Below are positions 63,151 to 64,000 of a stretch of 64,000 bases of DNA, piece by piece. The DNA is from Acidobacteriota bacterium (lineage in GTDB: Bacteria > Acidobacteriota > UBA890 > WLXD01). Position 1 is the first letter of the stretch, and each line of letters starts with the position of its first letter. The stretch spans positions 1,696,001 to 1,760,000 of the forward strand of contig CAXWPH010000015.1 in NCBI GenBank assembly GCA_963666055.2, read 5' to 3'. The position numbers and the translations under genes were made by a program. Under the pieces are notes generated by a model that saw only the letters and a list, made by a program, of their open reading frames with translations, searched no databases and was not told where the DNA came from.

Positions 63151-63929
63151 GCGGCCTTCTGACCCGGCTAGCTGATGCCATTCGAGACGGCAGTGTTCGC
63201 ATCGTCGACCTCACACAACCCCTCGAACCAGACACGCCGGTGATCGCCTTGCCGCCACCGTTCGCGCTCTCTCCCGGCGTCACCATCGAGCAGATCTCGC
63301 GATTCGACGACAACGGACCGGCCTGGTACTGGAATGCGCTGAGCTTCGGTGAGCACACCGGCACGCACTTCGACGCACCTGGACACTGGATCAGCGGCAA
63401 GGACCTACCCGACAACACCACCGATACAATCCCTCCGAATCGCTTCGTCGGCCCCGCCAGCGTGATCGATGTAACTGCGGCAGTGGCCGATGACCCCGAC
63501 TATCTGTTCGCCCCGCAAGAGCTGCGGACGTGGGAAGGCGAACACGGGCCCCTGGCGGCCGGCGGCTGGGTGCTGCTGAATACCGGGTGGAGCAACCGTC
63601 GCGGTGCCGAGGCGTTCCTCAACATCCACGACGACGGTCCGCACAGTCCGGGATTCCACACCGACACGATCCGGATACTGGCGCAACGAGACATCCTCGG
63701 CATCGGTGTCGAGACGGTCGGCACGGATGCCGGCCAGGCCGGTGGCTTTGATCCCGCTTTCCCGGCCCACACGCTCATGCACGGGGCCGGCAAGCTGGGG
63801 CTTGCTAGCTTGTGCAATCTCGACAAGCTACCGCCCACGGGCGCGATGGTGATTGCTGCACCGTTGAAGCTGGTCGACGGTAGCGGCAGCCCCTTGCGCG
63901 TCATCGCGCTGGCTGACGAGGTCACTTGA
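63147..63929 (+). CDS. Cyclase family metal hydrolase (kynurenine formamidase/isatin hydrolase-like)
   Basis: EHTGTHFDAPGHW, GVETVGTDAGQ, GSGSPLRVIA. Confidence 0.9.
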   Translation: MSGLLTRLADAIRDGSVRIVDLTQPLEPDTPVIALPPPFALSPGVTIEQISRFDDNGPAWYWNALSFGEHTGTHFDAPGHWISGKDLPDNTTDTIPPNRFVGPASVIDVTAAVADDPDYLFAPQELRTWEGEHGPLAAGGWVLLNTGWSNRRGAEAFLNIHDDGPHSPGFHTDTIRILAQRDILGIGVETVGTDAGQAGGFDPAFPAHTLMHGAGKLGLASLCNLDKLPPTGAMVIAAPLKLVDGSGSPLRVIALADEVT

Positions 63930-64000
63930 ACCGACACGCCGGCGCGGTCCCGACAGACCCAGACAACGTCCATCGATGGCTACCGACGTGCGGCCACCAC

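Noticed and set aside
1-64000. CRISPR array or cas genes
   Set aside because: No repeat-spacer periodicity found; the tandem repeats present (27 bp x2, 18 bp x3, poly-Pro codons) have no spacers.

Overview
High-GC bacterial chromosome window with a ~42 kb composite genomic island (~7750-49921) between two blocks of ordinary genes. Left flank: secreted hydrolases, a DUF885 protein, map and a VOC protein. Right flank: gltX, an ECF sigma/anti-sigma trio, HU, hflX, GH113, comDE-like TPP decarboxylase and a cyclase. The island ends on the right in an intact P4-like tyrosine integrase and a tRNA-3'-end-like att core; no tRNA gene is visible in the window. It looks like several phage-satellite (PICI/P4-like) modules nested and partly decayed: two primase/replicase genes with palindromic iteron-like origins, AlpA/excisionase genes, two cos-like motif + HNH units, a TerS relic, two full IS3 elements and several IS relics. 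Cargo includes a molybdoenzyme/metallophosphoesterase operon, an M23 peptidase, two inverted copies of a secreted poly-Pro HNH (DUF1524-like) nuclease, a protein made of six HTH repeats, and a defence cluster. The best candidate for an undescribed system is a type I R-M operon whose HsdR is fused to a Schlafen/AlbA_2 domain with an intact-looking catalytic motif, and which is led by a HEPN-like TIGR02391 gene, i.e. an R-M system with two putative back-up RNases. Many island genes carry 1-bp frameshifts that may be sequencing errors. All family assignments come from motif recognition by eye, not database searches.
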